Assembly: GCA_964457525.1 (NCBI GenBank)
Contig: CAYWGS010000013.1
Coordinates: forward strand, 1 to 25,742
DNA: 25,742 bases
Direction: 5' to 3'
From: an uncultured Erysipelotrichaceae bacterium
Lineage (GTDB): Bacteria > Bacillota_I > Bacilli_A > Erysipelotrichales > Erysipelotrichaceae
This document shows positions 9,783 to 23,779 of this stretch, one piece after another. The translations under genes were made by a program, and so were the position numbers. Within the stretch, counting starts at the first letter, position 1. The number at the start of each line of letters is the position of its first letter. The notes below the pieces were generated by a model. The model saw only the letters and a list, made by a program, of their open reading frames with translations. It did not search any database and was not told where the DNA came from.

Positions 9783-10151
9783 ATGAAAACGCTACTTAGA
9801 ACCAAATTACGTTATCTTGTCCTTTCCGGAACCATCATTGCGATTGCATTGTTATTCTTTAACTATACTTGGTCATTTGGGTTTATTCTTGGGTTTGCTT
9901 TTTCATTTATTACTGTAGGAATTACGGAATCTCAAATCGATTCTGTATTATTTAATAATAAAAAGGGAATTCGAAATTATATTGGGTTTATAATTGGTAA
10001 TATGGTATATGTCATACCATTCTTACTATCAATTTTTTTAAATCAATATTTCAATATAATTTTCGTTGCTTTTGGTTTGTTGTATTTTAAATATTTTATG
10101 TTTATTCAAGAAATATTCTTCAAAAAGAGGGAAACAAATGTTAAACAATAG
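9783..10151 (+). CDS. atpI: ATP synthase protein I-like small membrane protein
   Basis: A 122-aa protein with four TM helices sits immediately upstream of, and overlapping, atpB. That is the canonical atpI position. The sequence itself is poorly diagnostic. Confidence 0.6.
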   Translation: MKTLLRTKLRYLVLSGTIIAIALLFFNYTWSFGFILGFAFSFITVGITESQIDSVLFNNKKGIRNYIGFIIGNMVYVIPFLLSIFLNQYFNIIFVAFGLLYFKYFMFIQEIFFKKRETNVKQ

Positions 10152-10842
10152 TGATAAAGTGTTATCACTTCAGATTGAAGTGTTCTCAATAATAATTATT
10201 ACATCGGTGCTTTTGTTGTTCCTTTTTTTAATAGGAAGAGCAATTAAGAAGAGTGATCCACTTGCTAAACCAAAAGGTTTAGTATTAATTGGAATGATTT
10301 ATTATCAAATGATGTCTGGATTGACGAAGGATAATATGGGCGCAAAAGCTGCAGTTAAGTTTGCGCCGTATATTGCGTCATTAGCGTTATATATGGCTGT
10401 ATCAAACTTACTCGGTTTATTAGGGTTTAATCAACCAACTGGTAACTATAGTGTAACTTTAGCCTTAGCACTTATTACATTCTTTCTAATTCAATATACA
10501 AAAATAAAAGTAAATGGAGTTGGTGGTTATGCAAAAGGATTCTTTGAACCTTTTCCTCCGTTTGTGATTATGAATGTATTTGGAACATTTGCACCGCTTA
10601 TCTCGATGTCATTACGTTTATTTGGTAACATCACCTCTGGTGGAACAATTATGATGTTGGTTTATGTGTTTACAGAATGGTTATCGAGTTTTGTGCCTTT
10701 AATTGGTGGATTTAACTTTATTGGTGTTGTGGTTGCGCCAGTTTTACATGCTTATTTTGATGTTTTTTCAGGTCTTATTCAAACATACATATTTATTATG
10801 TTAACAACGATCTTTATTGGGAATGAATTACCCCAAGAATGA
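10138..10842 (+). CDS. atpB: F0F1 ATP synthase subunit a
   Basis: Conserved SLRLFGNITSGG (essential Arg). The RBS AGAGGGA (10126-10132) precedes ATG 10138. The ORF-track start at 10066 lies within atpI. Confidence 0.93.
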   Translation: MLNNSDKVLSLQIEVFSIIIITSVLLLFLFLIGRAIKKSDPLAKPKGLVLIGMIYYQMMSGLTKDNMGAKAAVKFAPYIASLALYMAVSNLLGLLGFNQPTGNYSVTLALALITFFLIQYTKIKVNGVGGYAKGFFEPFPPFVIMNVFGTFAPLISMSLRLFGNITSGGTIMMLVYVFTEWLSSFVPLIGGFNFIGVVVAPVLHAYFDVFSGLIQTYIFIMLTTIFIGNELPQE

Positions 10843-10845
10843 TAA

Positions 10846-11106
<261 letters not shown>

Positions 11107-11136
11107 TCATTTAACTAACATAAAGGTGGTGAGTCT

Positions 11137-11642
11137 ATGCTTGATTTAGATATTGCAGGTAAGTTGTTTCCAGATGCCATTACATTAATCGTTCAACTAT
11201 GTGCAACGGGTGTACTCTTTTTGGGTATGAAAAAATTGTTATGGAAACCGATGCAAGATTACCTTGCAAAGCGTGCTGAAGTTGCGGATGCGGCTCTTAG
11301 AGAAGCACATGAAGCAAATGTTTTAGCGCGTGAAAATCAAAAGAAAAGTGATCAATTATTAAGTGAAGCTGCACATGAAGCGAAACAAATTATTGAGAGT
11401 GGTAAATTGGAAGGCAAACGTTTAAAAGAACAGTTACTCGCTGAAGCTAAGAATGAAGCGGATAATAAGTTAACGTCTGCACTTCGTGAAATTGCTCATC
11501 AAAAAGCTCAAATGCGCGATGAAATTGAGTCTGAAATCGTGGATGTAGCATTATTGGCTGCGTCTAAATTGATTGAAGGTAAAGTGGATGAAGCTGAGGA
11601 TCGTAAGCAGATTCAACACTTTATTAAGGATGTGCGTAATTA

Positions 11643-11643
<1 letters not shown>
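11137..11643 (+). CDS. atpF: F0F1 ATP synthase subunit b
   Basis: An N-terminal TM helix followed by a long charged coiled coil. The RBS AAAGGTGGTGA and the operon position support the call. Confidence 0.9.
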
Positions 11644-13707
<2,064 letters not shown>

Positions 13708-13708
13708 A

Positions 13709-15971
<2,263 letters not shown>

Positions 15972-15972
15972 T

Positions 15973-16362
15973 ATGTTTACAGTAAAAATTGTGACACCTG
16001 AAGCGCCGGTTCGTACCTTCGAATCGGAACAAATAAATATCGTTACCCCAAATGGTCAAATGGGTATTTTAAGTAATCATATGCCGTTGGTCACAATGTT
16101 AGATATATCGATTATGTCAAGTATCTTAAATGGTAACCGTCAACGTTATGCTGTTGCGGGTGGCGTGCTTTTCTTTAAGAATAACGAAGCGACGATATTA
16201 TCGGATGCGGTTGAACATGAAGGAGATATCGATCTTGCGCGTGCTGAACATGCTAAGCAAAGAGCTGAAGAACGTTTACGTTCAAAAGACCCTGAAATTG
16301 ACGCAAAGAGAGCACAACTTGCTTTACTCAAAGCATTGAATCGTATCGATATTGGTAAATAG
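15973..16362 (+). CDS. atpC: F0F1 ATP synthase subunit epsilon
   Basis: A beta-sandwich N-terminus plus a helical C-terminus (AEHAKQRAEERL), in the last atp position. Confidence 0.95.
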   Translation: MFTVKIVTPEAPVRTFESEQINIVTPNGQMGILSNHMPLVTMLDISIMSSILNGNRQRYAVAGGVLFFKNNEATILSDAVEHEGDIDLARAEHAKQRAEERLRSKDPEIDAKRAQLALLKALNRIDIGK

Positions 16363-16363
16363 T

Positions 16364-16558
16364 ATGATTCCTATCGTAAGAGTGATTCTGTATTTTGTTA
16401 CTTTTGCACTCAGTTTATATGGTTTAGGCGCAATCAATTTCGGTAAACTAATTTATCCTGGACGTGTTGTTCAAACACAAATATTAGTAATATTACTTGC
16501 GATGGCACTTGCTTATTTAGCAACACAGTTCTTAATGGGTCTTAACTTATCCTTATAG
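16364..16558 (+). CDS. Small membrane protein of the DUF1146 / B. subtilis YwzB type
   Basis: A two-TM protein directly after atpC. LIYPGRVVQTQILVILLAMALA resembles my recollection of YwzB (LIKPNRVTQARLLMILLTIAIG). The start is either ATG 16364 or TTG 16352. Confidence 0.65.
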   Translation: MIPIVRVILYFVTFALSLYGLGAINFGKLIYPGRVVQTQILVILLAMALAYLATQFLMGLNLSL

Positions 16559-16574
16559 TGTTTTATTAAGTTTG

Positions 16575-16583
16575 TGCTATAAT
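16575..16583 (+). promoter_or_regulatory. Extended -10 promoter element for mreB
   Basis: TGcTATAAT, a perfect -10 with a TG extension, lies 28 nt upstream of the mreB ATG. The -35 is poor. Confidence 0.5.
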
Positions 16584-16611
16584 GGGTATGCTTATCAAAT
16601 GGAGGGTATAT

Positions 16612-17601
16612 ATGGCATTTTCAAAGGCAGTTGGTATCGACTTAGGTACCGCAAACGTATTAATTTATGTAAAAGGAGAAGGTGTTGTTTTAGATGAACC
16701 TTCTGTTGTAGCAATCGAAGCAGAAACTAAGAAATGTTTAGCTGTTGGTACAGACGCTAAAGATATGTTGGGTCGTACACCTGGAAGAATTCAAGCAATT
16801 CGTCCATTAAAAGATGGAGTTATTGCGGATTTCGAAGTTACTGAAATGATGCTTCAATACTTTATTAAAAAACTTAAACTAAAAGGAATGTTTTCACGTC
16901 CAACGATTTTAATCTGTTGTCCATCTAACATTACATCTGTTGAACGTAATGCGATTCGTGATGCAGCGTATCGTGCAGGTGCTAAACGTGTTTATATTGA
17001 AGAAGAACCAAAAGTTGCGGCAATTGGTGCTGGTTTAGATATTTCAAAACCAAATGGAAATATGGTTCTTGATATCGGTGGTGGTACGACTGACGTTGCG
17101 ATTCTTTCTTTAGGTGAAATCGTAACTTCTTCTTCCTTAAAAATTGCGGGTGACCGTATGGATAAAGATATTATCAAGTATGTTAAAGAAACTTATAAGT
17201 TATTAATTGGGGATCGTACTGCAGAAGAATTAAAGAAGAAGATTGGTACAGCTTGGAGAGGCTCTCGTAAAGATTCTCTTGAAGTAAGTGGTCGTGACCT
17301 TGTTACTGGTTTACCACATACCATTACAATGACTTCTGATGAAACAGAAATCGCAATGCATGAAAGTCTTCAAGATATTGTTCGTGCATGTCGTACAGTA
17401 CTTGAACAAACTCCACCAGAATTATCTGCGGATATTGTAACACGTGGTGTTGTGTTAACAGGTGGTGGTGCATTACTACATGGAATGGACCAATTACTTA
17501 TGAATGAGTTGAATATTCCAGTGTATGTTGCAGAAAATGCATTAAAATGTGTTGCTGAAGGTACTGGAATCATGTTAGAAAATTTACACATTGTAGGCTA
17601 A
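16612..17601 (+). CDS. mreB: Rod-shape-determining actin homologue of the MreB/Mbl family
   Basis: GIDLGTANVLIY and LDIGGGTTDVAI (actin-fold phosphate loops). The RBS GGAGG (16601-16605) precedes ATG 16612. Its position after the atp operon matches mbl in B. subtilis. Confidence 0.95.
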   Translation: MAFSKAVGIDLGTANVLIYVKGEGVVLDEPSVVAIEAETKKCLAVGTDAKDMLGRTPGRIQAIRPLKDGVIADFEVTEMMLQYFIKKLKLKGMFSRPTILICCPSNITSVERNAIRDAAYRAGAKRVYIEEEPKVAAIGAGLDISKPNGNMVLDIGGGTTDVAILSLGEIVTSSSLKIAGDRMDKDIIKYVKETYKLLIGDRTAEELKKKIGTAWRGSRKDSLEVSGRDLVTGLPHTITMTSDETEIAMHESLQDIVRACRTVLEQTPPELSADIVTRGVVLTGGGALLHGMDQLLMNELNIPVYVAENALKCVAEGTGIMLENLHIVG

Positions 17602-17626
17602 GATCATCGAAAGATGATCTTTTTTT
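17601..17626 (+). terminator. Rho-independent terminator after mreB
   Basis: AGATCATC (17601-17608), GAAA loop, GATGATCT (17613-17620), then a T7 run. Confidence 0.8.
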
Positions 17627-17669
17627 AGGATAAATTAATAGGATTGCATATAAGTAAATAGGAGGATTT

Positions 17670-18236
17670 ATGCGTTCCTATTTACTCAATACATTAATTG
17701 ATGCCACACAAGAAGAATCAGAATTTGATCCAAACATTATAGAAGAAACAATTGATCAGTTTCAAAATCATATTTCTAAACTAAACTCTAAAGAAGCCGC
17801 AAAGATTTTGCTTAGTACACAAAACTACATTCAACGATCCATGTTAAAGATACATGAAACCTTTGAAGTAAATGTTGGAGATGTTTGTTATATTGATTTT
17901 GGACAAGCTTATTTAAATGAGTCGGGTTTTCAACATTTTGGTATTGTTATATCCAAATTAAATGGAAAAGTATTTGTTGTCCCAATGACATCAAACCCTT
18001 ATACCTATGCTCAAGCATATGATCGAATTGAAAATCCAACAGGGCGAAAACACTTAATGCGTTTTGGTCAACGAAATGGATTAAATCGTGAATCTGTTTT
18101 GTTTATCAATGATTGCAAGTTCATTAATCCTACTCGTATCATCGAAATCGTAGGACATTTAGATATAAATGAGCCATTCTTTATAAAAATTCAAAAACGA
18201 GTTGGATTTTGTCTATTTAAAGAAGGGGTACGCTAA
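17670..18236 (+). CDS. MazF/PemK-like (SH3-barrel toxin fold) protein with a unique N-terminal extension of about 66 aa
   Basis: Residues 68-160 align by eye to my recollection of B. subtilis MazF/EndoA: GDVCYIDFG..NESGFQHFGIVIS with GDVYFADLS..SEQGGVRPVLVIQ; VVPMTSN with AAITAQ; RESVLFINDCKFINPTRI with RDSVILLEQIRTIDKQRL. A strong RBS (GGAGG, 17661-17665) is present. Confidence 0.6.
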   Translation: MRSYLLNTLIDATQEESEFDPNIIEETIDQFQNHISKLNSKEAAKILLSTQNYIQRSMLKIHETFEVNVGDVCYIDFGQAYLNESGFQHFGIVISKLNGKVFVVPMTSNPYTYAQAYDRIENPTGRKHLMRFGQRNGLNRESVLFINDCKFINPTRIIEIVGHLDINEPFFIKIQKRVGFCLFKEGVR

Positions 18237-18251
18237 GGTATACTTTATTCG

Positions 18252-19460
18252 ATGAATTCGTTAGAACACTATCGTAATCAAAAATGGATTATTGGTGTAT
18301 CAGGTGGGCCTGATTCTATGGCCTTACTGGATCTTGCTTTTAGACATGGTGTTAATTGTGTTGTAGTACATGTTAATTATCAGAAAAGAGACACCGCTAA
18401 AAGAGATCAAGAACTTGTTCAATTATATTGTAATAAACATAATATTGAGTGTTACGTTTTTAACGCGATTGAGTTTAAAGGGAATTTCCAAGATCAAGCG
18501 AGAGAATATAGGTATTCAAGATTTAAAGAAGTTGCGTTAATTGAAAATGCACTAGGCGTTTTGGTAGCACATCATAAGGATGATGATTTAGAAACTCTTA
18601 TCTTTCAAATCCAAAGACAATCAAAAGTAGAATATTATGGTTTAACTTCTACAACCTACATTCAAGGTATTCGGGTAGATCGACCACTTTTAAGTTATAC
18701 AAAGAAAGACTGTATTGATTATTGTGTAAAACATAACATAAGTTATGGATGGGATGAATCCAACGATAGTTTAGACTATACACGGAATAGAATTCGTAAA
18801 GAAGTAGTATCTTTAAGTACAAATGAAATTGAAGAATTGATGAAGATTAAAGAGAATTATAATCAACAGAGGAAAGCATTTTTAGAAGAACACAAAGAAT
18901 TACTCAATCAAACATCAATATCACATAATTTATACACAACTCATCTTCATAATAGAAAATGGTTCCTTTTAGAATGGTTACGAATACAAACTAAGAAATC
19001 TGTACTATCTAACCGTTATATTGATGAACTCGATCGTCAACTGATTGAATCTAAAAGTGTTAAGCAACACATTACACCATCAATTCGTATCATAAAACAA
19101 TACGATCTAATTCAAATCGTAAAGGATGTGGAAGATTATTGTTACGATTTAGATTACTTAGAGACAGTGAATAAAGAAATTAAAATGAGTTATGAATATC
19201 AGAAAGGGTATCGGAAAATAGCGATACCTAAGGATGCATATCCAATCCAAATTACGAATTTAAGAGCATGTAAATCAAGATTACAGGCAAATATCTATAC
19301 AAAACTTTCAAGGTGGTTTATAAAGAATAAAATACCAATTCAAGAAAGAGAAATGTGGCCACTTGTATTTAGTAAGCAAAATGAGTTACTATACATTTTG
19401 GATGTTAGTTATGAACATGGTGTTTCGACTGACACAATTGAATGTTATATGATAAAATAA
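18252..19460 (+). CDS. tilS: tRNA(Ile)-lysidine synthase
   Basis: PP-loop GVSGGPDSMALL, and conserved position upstream of hpt-ftsH. Confidence 0.9.
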   Translation: MNSLEHYRNQKWIIGVSGGPDSMALLDLAFRHGVNCVVVHVNYQKRDTAKRDQELVQLYCNKHNIECYVFNAIEFKGNFQDQAREYRYSRFKEVALIENALGVLVAHHKDDDLETLIFQIQRQSKVEYYGLTSTTYIQGIRVDRPLLSYTKKDCIDYCVKHNISYGWDESNDSLDYTRNRIRKEVVSLSTNEIEELMKIKENYNQQRKAFLEEHKELLNQTSISHNLYTTHLHNRKWFLLEWLRIQTKKSVLSNRYIDELDRQLIESKSVKQHITPSIRIIKQYDLIQIVKDVEDYCYDLDYLETVNKEIKMSYEYQKGYRKIAIPKDAYPIQITNLRACKSRLQANIYTKLSRWFIKNKIPIQEREMWPLVFSKQNELLYILDVSYEHGVSTDTIECYMIK

Positions 19461-19479
19461 GCGTATTATGGAGGCGTTT

Positions 19480-20019
19480 ATGCATAAAAATGTAAAAAAA
19501 GTATTAGTATCAAGTGAAGAAATTGAACAACGTTGTAAAGAACTCGGTGCTCAAATTACCAAAGATTATTTAGAACTTGGAGAAGTTCCTATTTTAGTAT
19601 CCTTGCTTAAAGGATCAGTCCCATTTTTAGCTAAATTAATGCCTTATATTGACCTAGATGTTGAAATTGATTTTATGGATGTATCTAGCTATGAAGGTAC
19701 TGAATCGATTGGAGATGTTCGTATTATTAAAGACTTAGATCGTTCTATTAAAGGAGAGTCCATTCTTCTTGTGGAAGATATTGTGGATACAGGTAGAACA
19801 CTAAATTCGGTTAAGGAACTATTAGAAAACAAGGGTTGTGCAAGACTACGTATTGTAAGTCTTTTGGATAAACCTTCAAGAAGAGTAGTTAAGATTGATG
19901 CGGATTATGTTGGATTTACGATTCCAAATGAATTTGTGATTGGATTTGGATTAGATTTTGATGAAAAATATCGTAGTTTACCTTATGTTGGTGTATTAAA
20001 AGACGAATGTTATTTATAA
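19480..20019 (+). CDS. hpt: Hypoxanthine-guanine phosphoribosyltransferase
   Basis: PRPP loop LLVEDIVDTGRTL. GGAGG (19470-19474) lies 5 nt before ATG 19480, and the resulting MHKNVKKVLVSSEEIEQ matches homologue N-termini. The ATG at 19468 is less likely. Confidence 0.93.
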   Translation: MHKNVKKVLVSSEEIEQRCKELGAQITKDYLELGEVPILVSLLKGSVPFLAKLMPYIDLDVEIDFMDVSSYEGTESIGDVRIIKDLDRSIKGESILLVEDIVDTGRTLNSVKELLENKGCARLRIVSLLDKPSRRVVKIDADYVGFTIPNEFVIGFGLDFDEKYRSLPYVGVLKDECYL

Positions 20020-20036
20020 AAGGAGTGAGTGTTTAA

Positions 20037-21887
20037 ATGAAGAACAATAAACAGTTAGCCGCATTAATTCCATATCTTTTTGTGTTGGTAGCGGTAATGA
20101 GTTTAATGTTTATGAATATCGGTAATGCTGAAACGGATATTTCCTATCAAGAGTATGTCGATTTACTAAACAAAGAACAAGTGGTCACAAGCAATGTGAC
20201 AGTCAGTGAAGTTGTATTAACAATTGAAGGGATCTATAAGGATTCTAAAGGTGTACAGAATGTATATTCTTTAACTGTACCCAATACAGAGTTTCAAAAT
20301 AATACCATCATTGAGCTAATTAACGAAAAGAGCAGTGATGTTAAGATTATTGATGCTTATGAAACAAATCCTTTATGGGATTTAGTTGCGAATGTATTAC
20401 CTTTAATCATTTTTGGTGCTTTTGCTTTCTTCATGTTATCTCGTATGAATGGTGGCAATAACAACAAAGCGTTTGAATTTGGTAAATCCAAAGCACGTTT
20501 AGAAGGAAATATAAAAGTTCGTTTTAATGATGTTGCTGGATGTGATGAAGAAAAAGAAGAAATGCAAGAACTCATTGAGTATCTAAAAAATCCAAAGAAA
20601 TTTGCGAAAATGGGTGCTCGTATACCTAAGGGTGTCTTAATGGTAGGGCAACCTGGTACTGGTAAAACTTTATTAGCTAAAGCAGTTGCTGGTGAAGCTG
20701 AAGTTCCATTCTATTCAATTTCAGGATCTGATTTCGTAGAAATGTTTGTTGGGGTTGGGGCAAGTCGTGTTCGTGATATGTTTAAACGTGCACAAGCTAC
20801 AGCACCATGTATTATATTTATTGATGAAATCGATGCAGTAGGTCGTCAACGTGGTACTGGTTTAGGTGGTGGTCACGATGAACGTGAACAAACACTTAAC
20901 CAATTATTGGTTGAAATGGATGGTATTCAGGACAACTCTGGTGTGGTTATTGTTGCCGCAACAAACCGTCCGGATGTATTAGACCCTGCGTTATTAAGAC
21001 CTGGTCGTTTCGACCGTCAAATTACGGTAAGTTTACCGGATCGTAAAGGTCGTGAAGCAATCCTTAAAGTACATGCTCGTAATAAGAAATTAGATAATTC
21101 TGTTGATCTTGGTGCACTTGCAAAACGTACACCTGGATTTAGTGGTGCAGATTTAGAAAACGTATTAAACGAAGCCGCAATTCTTGCAGTACGTGAAAGT
21201 GCTGAAGTGATCACAATGAATCACTTAGATGAAGCGATTGACCGTGTTATGGGTGGTCCTGCTAAGAAGTCAAAAGTATACAGTGAACGTGAAAAACGAC
21301 TTGTTGCATATCATGAAGTGGGTCACACCATTATTGGTTTAAAACTTGAATCTTCTGATATGGTTCAAAAGGTCACAATTATTCCACGTGGACAAGCGGG
21401 TGGCTATAACTTAATGACACCTCGTGAAGAAAAGTTCATGTTAACGAAGACAGATTTATCCGCACGTATTACTGGTTTATTAGGTGGTCGTGTTGCGGAA
21501 GATATTGTATTTAATGAAATTTCTACAGGTGCTTCATCGGATATTGAACGTGCAACGAAGATTGCTCGTGAAATGGTTATGTCCTATGGTATGTCTGATT
21601 TAGGTCCTATTCAATATGAACATAGCGGTGGAAACGTATTCTTAGGTAGAGATTACAGTAATTCAAGTAATTATTCTGGACAAATTGCGTTTGAAATCGA
21701 TAAGGAAGTTCGTCGTATTATCGATGAAGCGTATGATCATGCAAAACGATTAATTCAGGAAAATCGTGAATTGATGGATCGTCTTGTGGACGCATTACTT
21801 GAGTTTGAAACTTTAACAGCTGAAAATATTCAGAATATTGTTGAGGGTAGAGCTTATAACGAATCTGCTCCTGTTGAAGGAGTTTAA
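20037..21887 (+). CDS. ftsH: ATP-dependent zinc metalloprotease FtsH
   Basis: Two N-terminal TM helices, Walker A GQPGTGKT, Walker [10 protein letters not shown], and the zinc site HEVGH. Confidence 0.97.
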   Translation: MKNNKQLAALIPYLFVLVAVMSLMFMNIGNAETDISYQEYVDLLNKEQVVTSNVTVSEVVLTIEGIYKDSKGVQNVYSLTVPNTEFQNNTIIELINEKSSDVKIIDAYETNPLWDLVANVLPLIIFGAFAFFMLSRMNGGNNNKAFEFGKSKARLEGNIKVRFNDVAGCDEEKEEMQELIEYLKNPKKFAKMGARIPKGVLMVGQPGTGKTLLAKAVAGEAEVPFYSISGSDFVEMFVGVGASRVRDMFKRAQATAPCIIFIDEIDAVGRQRGTGLGGGHDEREQTLNQLLVEMDGIQDNSGVVIVAATNRPDVLDPALLRPGRFDRQITVSLPDRKGREAILKVHARNKKLDNSVDLGALAKRTPGFSGADLENVLNEAAILAVRESAEVITMNHLDEAIDRVMGGPAKKSKVYSEREKRLVAYHEVGHTIIGLKLESSDMVQKVTIIPRGQAGGYNLMTPREEKFMLTKTDLSARITGLLGGRVAEDIVFNEISTGASSDIERATKIAREMVMSYGMSDLGPIQYEHSGGNVFLGRDYSNSSNYSGQIAFEIDKEVRRIIDEAYDHAKRLIQENRELMDRLVDALLEFETLTAENIQNIVEGRAYNESAPVEGV

Positions 21888-21910
21888 CCCCTGAATTCAG
21901 GGGTTTTTTG
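21886..21910 (+). terminator. Rho-independent terminator after ftsH
   Basis: The perfect palindrome AACCCCTGAATTCAGGGGTT (21886-21905) is followed by a T run. It ends only 13 nt before the hslO ATG. Confidence 0.8.
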
Positions 21911-21923
21911 TGGAAAGAGAAAT

Positions 21924-22793
21924 ATGGATACATTAATTAAAGGGTTAGCTCATGAAGGAGCGATAAGAATTATTGTAGTAGATTCAACTCAAACAGTTAA
22001 AGAAGCATGTGAAAGACATCGTACTTATCCAACCGCATCCGCTGCTTTGGGCCGTACTTTAACAATGGGTGCTATTCTAGGATCGATGTTAAAGTCAGAT
22101 AAAGAAAATGTCATGATTCAAATCAATGGAGGAGGTCCTTTAGGAACAATCCTCGTCGATGCAAATCATAATTGTGAAGTACGTGGTTTTGTGGCAAATC
22201 CAGAAGTTCATATTATGAACGAAGAAACGAAAAAGTTGAATGTTGGTGCTGCTGTAGGTCGAGATGGAACCTTAAGAGTTATTAAAGACTTAAGCCTTAA
22301 AGATGACTTTACAGGAACAGTACAACTCCAAACAGGAGAGATTGCGGAAGACTTTGCGTATTACTTCACACTTAGCGAACAAACACCATCAGCTGTATCT
22401 TTAGGTGTTCTAGTCGATGAAAATAGTGAAGTTGTTGCGGCAGGTGGAATCTTAATTCAAATGATGCCGCATGCGACTGAAGCAGATATTTTAATTGCGG
22501 AAGATGTTATTACACACTTAAAACCAGTATCTCAATTGATTCATGAAGGATTTACACCAAATAGTTTAATCGAGAGTTTATTCCAAGATGTAGAAGTGTT
22601 AGGGATGAGTACTGTTAAGTTTAAGTGTTCATGTAGTCGTGATCGTATGTTTGAAGCTTTATCTACAGTTTCAAAAACAGAACTTGAGGCAATGATTCAT
22701 GAAGATCATGGGACGGAGATTACTTGCCACTTCTGTAATACGAGTTATCATTTTAGTGAGGATGAATTGAAGTCAATTCTAACAAAGAGTTAA
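21924..22793 (+). CDS. hslO: Redox-regulated chaperone Hsp33
   Basis: C-terminal zinc centre CSCSRDR...CHFCN, and an Hsp33-type N-terminal domain. Confidence 0.95.
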   Translation: MDTLIKGLAHEGAIRIIVVDSTQTVKEACERHRTYPTASAALGRTLTMGAILGSMLKSDKENVMIQINGGGPLGTILVDANHNCEVRGFVANPEVHIMNEETKKLNVGAAVGRDGTLRVIKDLSLKDDFTGTVQLQTGEIAEDFAYYFTLSEQTPSAVSLGVLVDENSEVVAAGGILIQMMPHATEADILIAEDVITHLKPVSQLIHEGFTPNSLIESLFQDVEVLGMSTVKFKCSCSRDRMFEALSTVSKTELEAMIHEDHGTEITCHFCNTSYHFSEDELKSILTKS

Positions 22794-23776
22794 TGTGGAA
22801 AATTAGAGAACTAGAATTTAGTAACCCAATTGTAATAGCACCAATGGCTGGAGTCAGTAATCCAGCTTTTCGTTCAATCGTAGCTCAATACAAACCAGCT
22901 CTCATTTACAGTGAAATGATTTCTGATAAAGCCATAGTATATAAGAATGTTAAAACAATTGAAATGACTCAAGTCTTTGAGGATGAACATCCTATTGCTT
23001 TACAACTCTTTGGTGAAGATATTGATTCAATGGTTGAAGCGGCGAAGTACTTAGATACACAAACAGATTGCGATATCATTGATATCAATATGGGTTGTCC
23101 TGTACCAAAGATTGTTAAGGGATCGGGTGGCGCATCACTCATGAAAACCCCGGAACATGCTTTCAAAATTGTAGAAGCGATTGTGAAGAATGTTAAGAAA
23201 CCTGTTACTGTAAAGATACGTTTAGGATGGGATGATAAATCCATCAATGTTCTTGAAATGGCTAAGGGATTAGAAAAAGCTGGCGCAAGTGCGATTGCGA
23301 TTCATGGACGAACACGAGCGCAGATGTATAGTGGTAATGCGACGTTTGATTTAATTAAACAAGTTAAAGAAAATGCGAATATACCAATTATTGCGAATGG
23401 TGATATTACGACTGTTGAACAAGCAAAATGGGTTCTTGAATATACGAAATGTGATGCAATCATGGTTGGTAGAGGGGTTCTGGGTCAACCATGGTTAGTC
23501 CATGAATTAATTGAAGGTCTTAATGGTAATCCTTCGTATCAACTCAGTATTTCAGATCGATTTGATTGTGCACGTAAACATGCGTTAAAATTGATTGATC
23601 TAAAAGGTGAGGTTATTGCATTAAAAGAGATGAGAAGTCATCTTAGTTGGTATCTTAAAGGATTACCAAACAGTCACAAAGTAAAAGACCAAATATCACA
23701 GATGAAAAGTTTTCAAGAATTTGATAGAATATTGAAGGATTATTATGACTCTTACTGTAAAGAGTTATCGAGGTAA
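22793..23776 (+). CDS. dusB: tRNA-dihydrouridine synthase B
   Basis: APMAGVSNPAFR, DINMGCP (catalytic Cys), and HGRTR. The ATG overlaps the hslO TAA (TAATG). Confidence 0.93.
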   Translation: MWKIRELEFSNPIVIAPMAGVSNPAFRSIVAQYKPALIYSEMISDKAIVYKNVKTIEMTQVFEDEHPIALQLFGEDIDSMVEAAKYLDTQTDCDIIDINMGCPVPKIVKGSGGASLMKTPEHAFKIVEAIVKNVKKPVTVKIRLGWDDKSINVLEMAKGLEKAGASAIAIHGRTRAQMYSGNATFDLIKQVKENANIPIIANGDITTVEQAKWVLEYTKCDAIMVGRGVLGQPWLVHELIEGLNGNPSYQLSISDRFDCARKHALKLIDLKGEVIALKEMRSHLSWYLKGLPNSHKVKDQISQMKSFQEFDRILKDYYDSYCKELSR

Positions 23777-23779
23777 AAA

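Noticed and set aside
8043-9805. Minus-strand ORFs 8043-8261, 8456-8701, 9175-9369 and 9512-9805, antisense to glyA and upp.
   Set aside because: These are shadow ORFs within conserved genes. The last one merely extends through the upp-atpI gap and has no start signals.
21886-21905. Perfect 20-nt palindrome containing GAATTC, considered as a possible protein-binding site or mobile-element end.
   Set aside because: It is followed by a T run directly after the ftsH stop codon, so an intrinsic terminator explains it fully. No second copy exists in the window.
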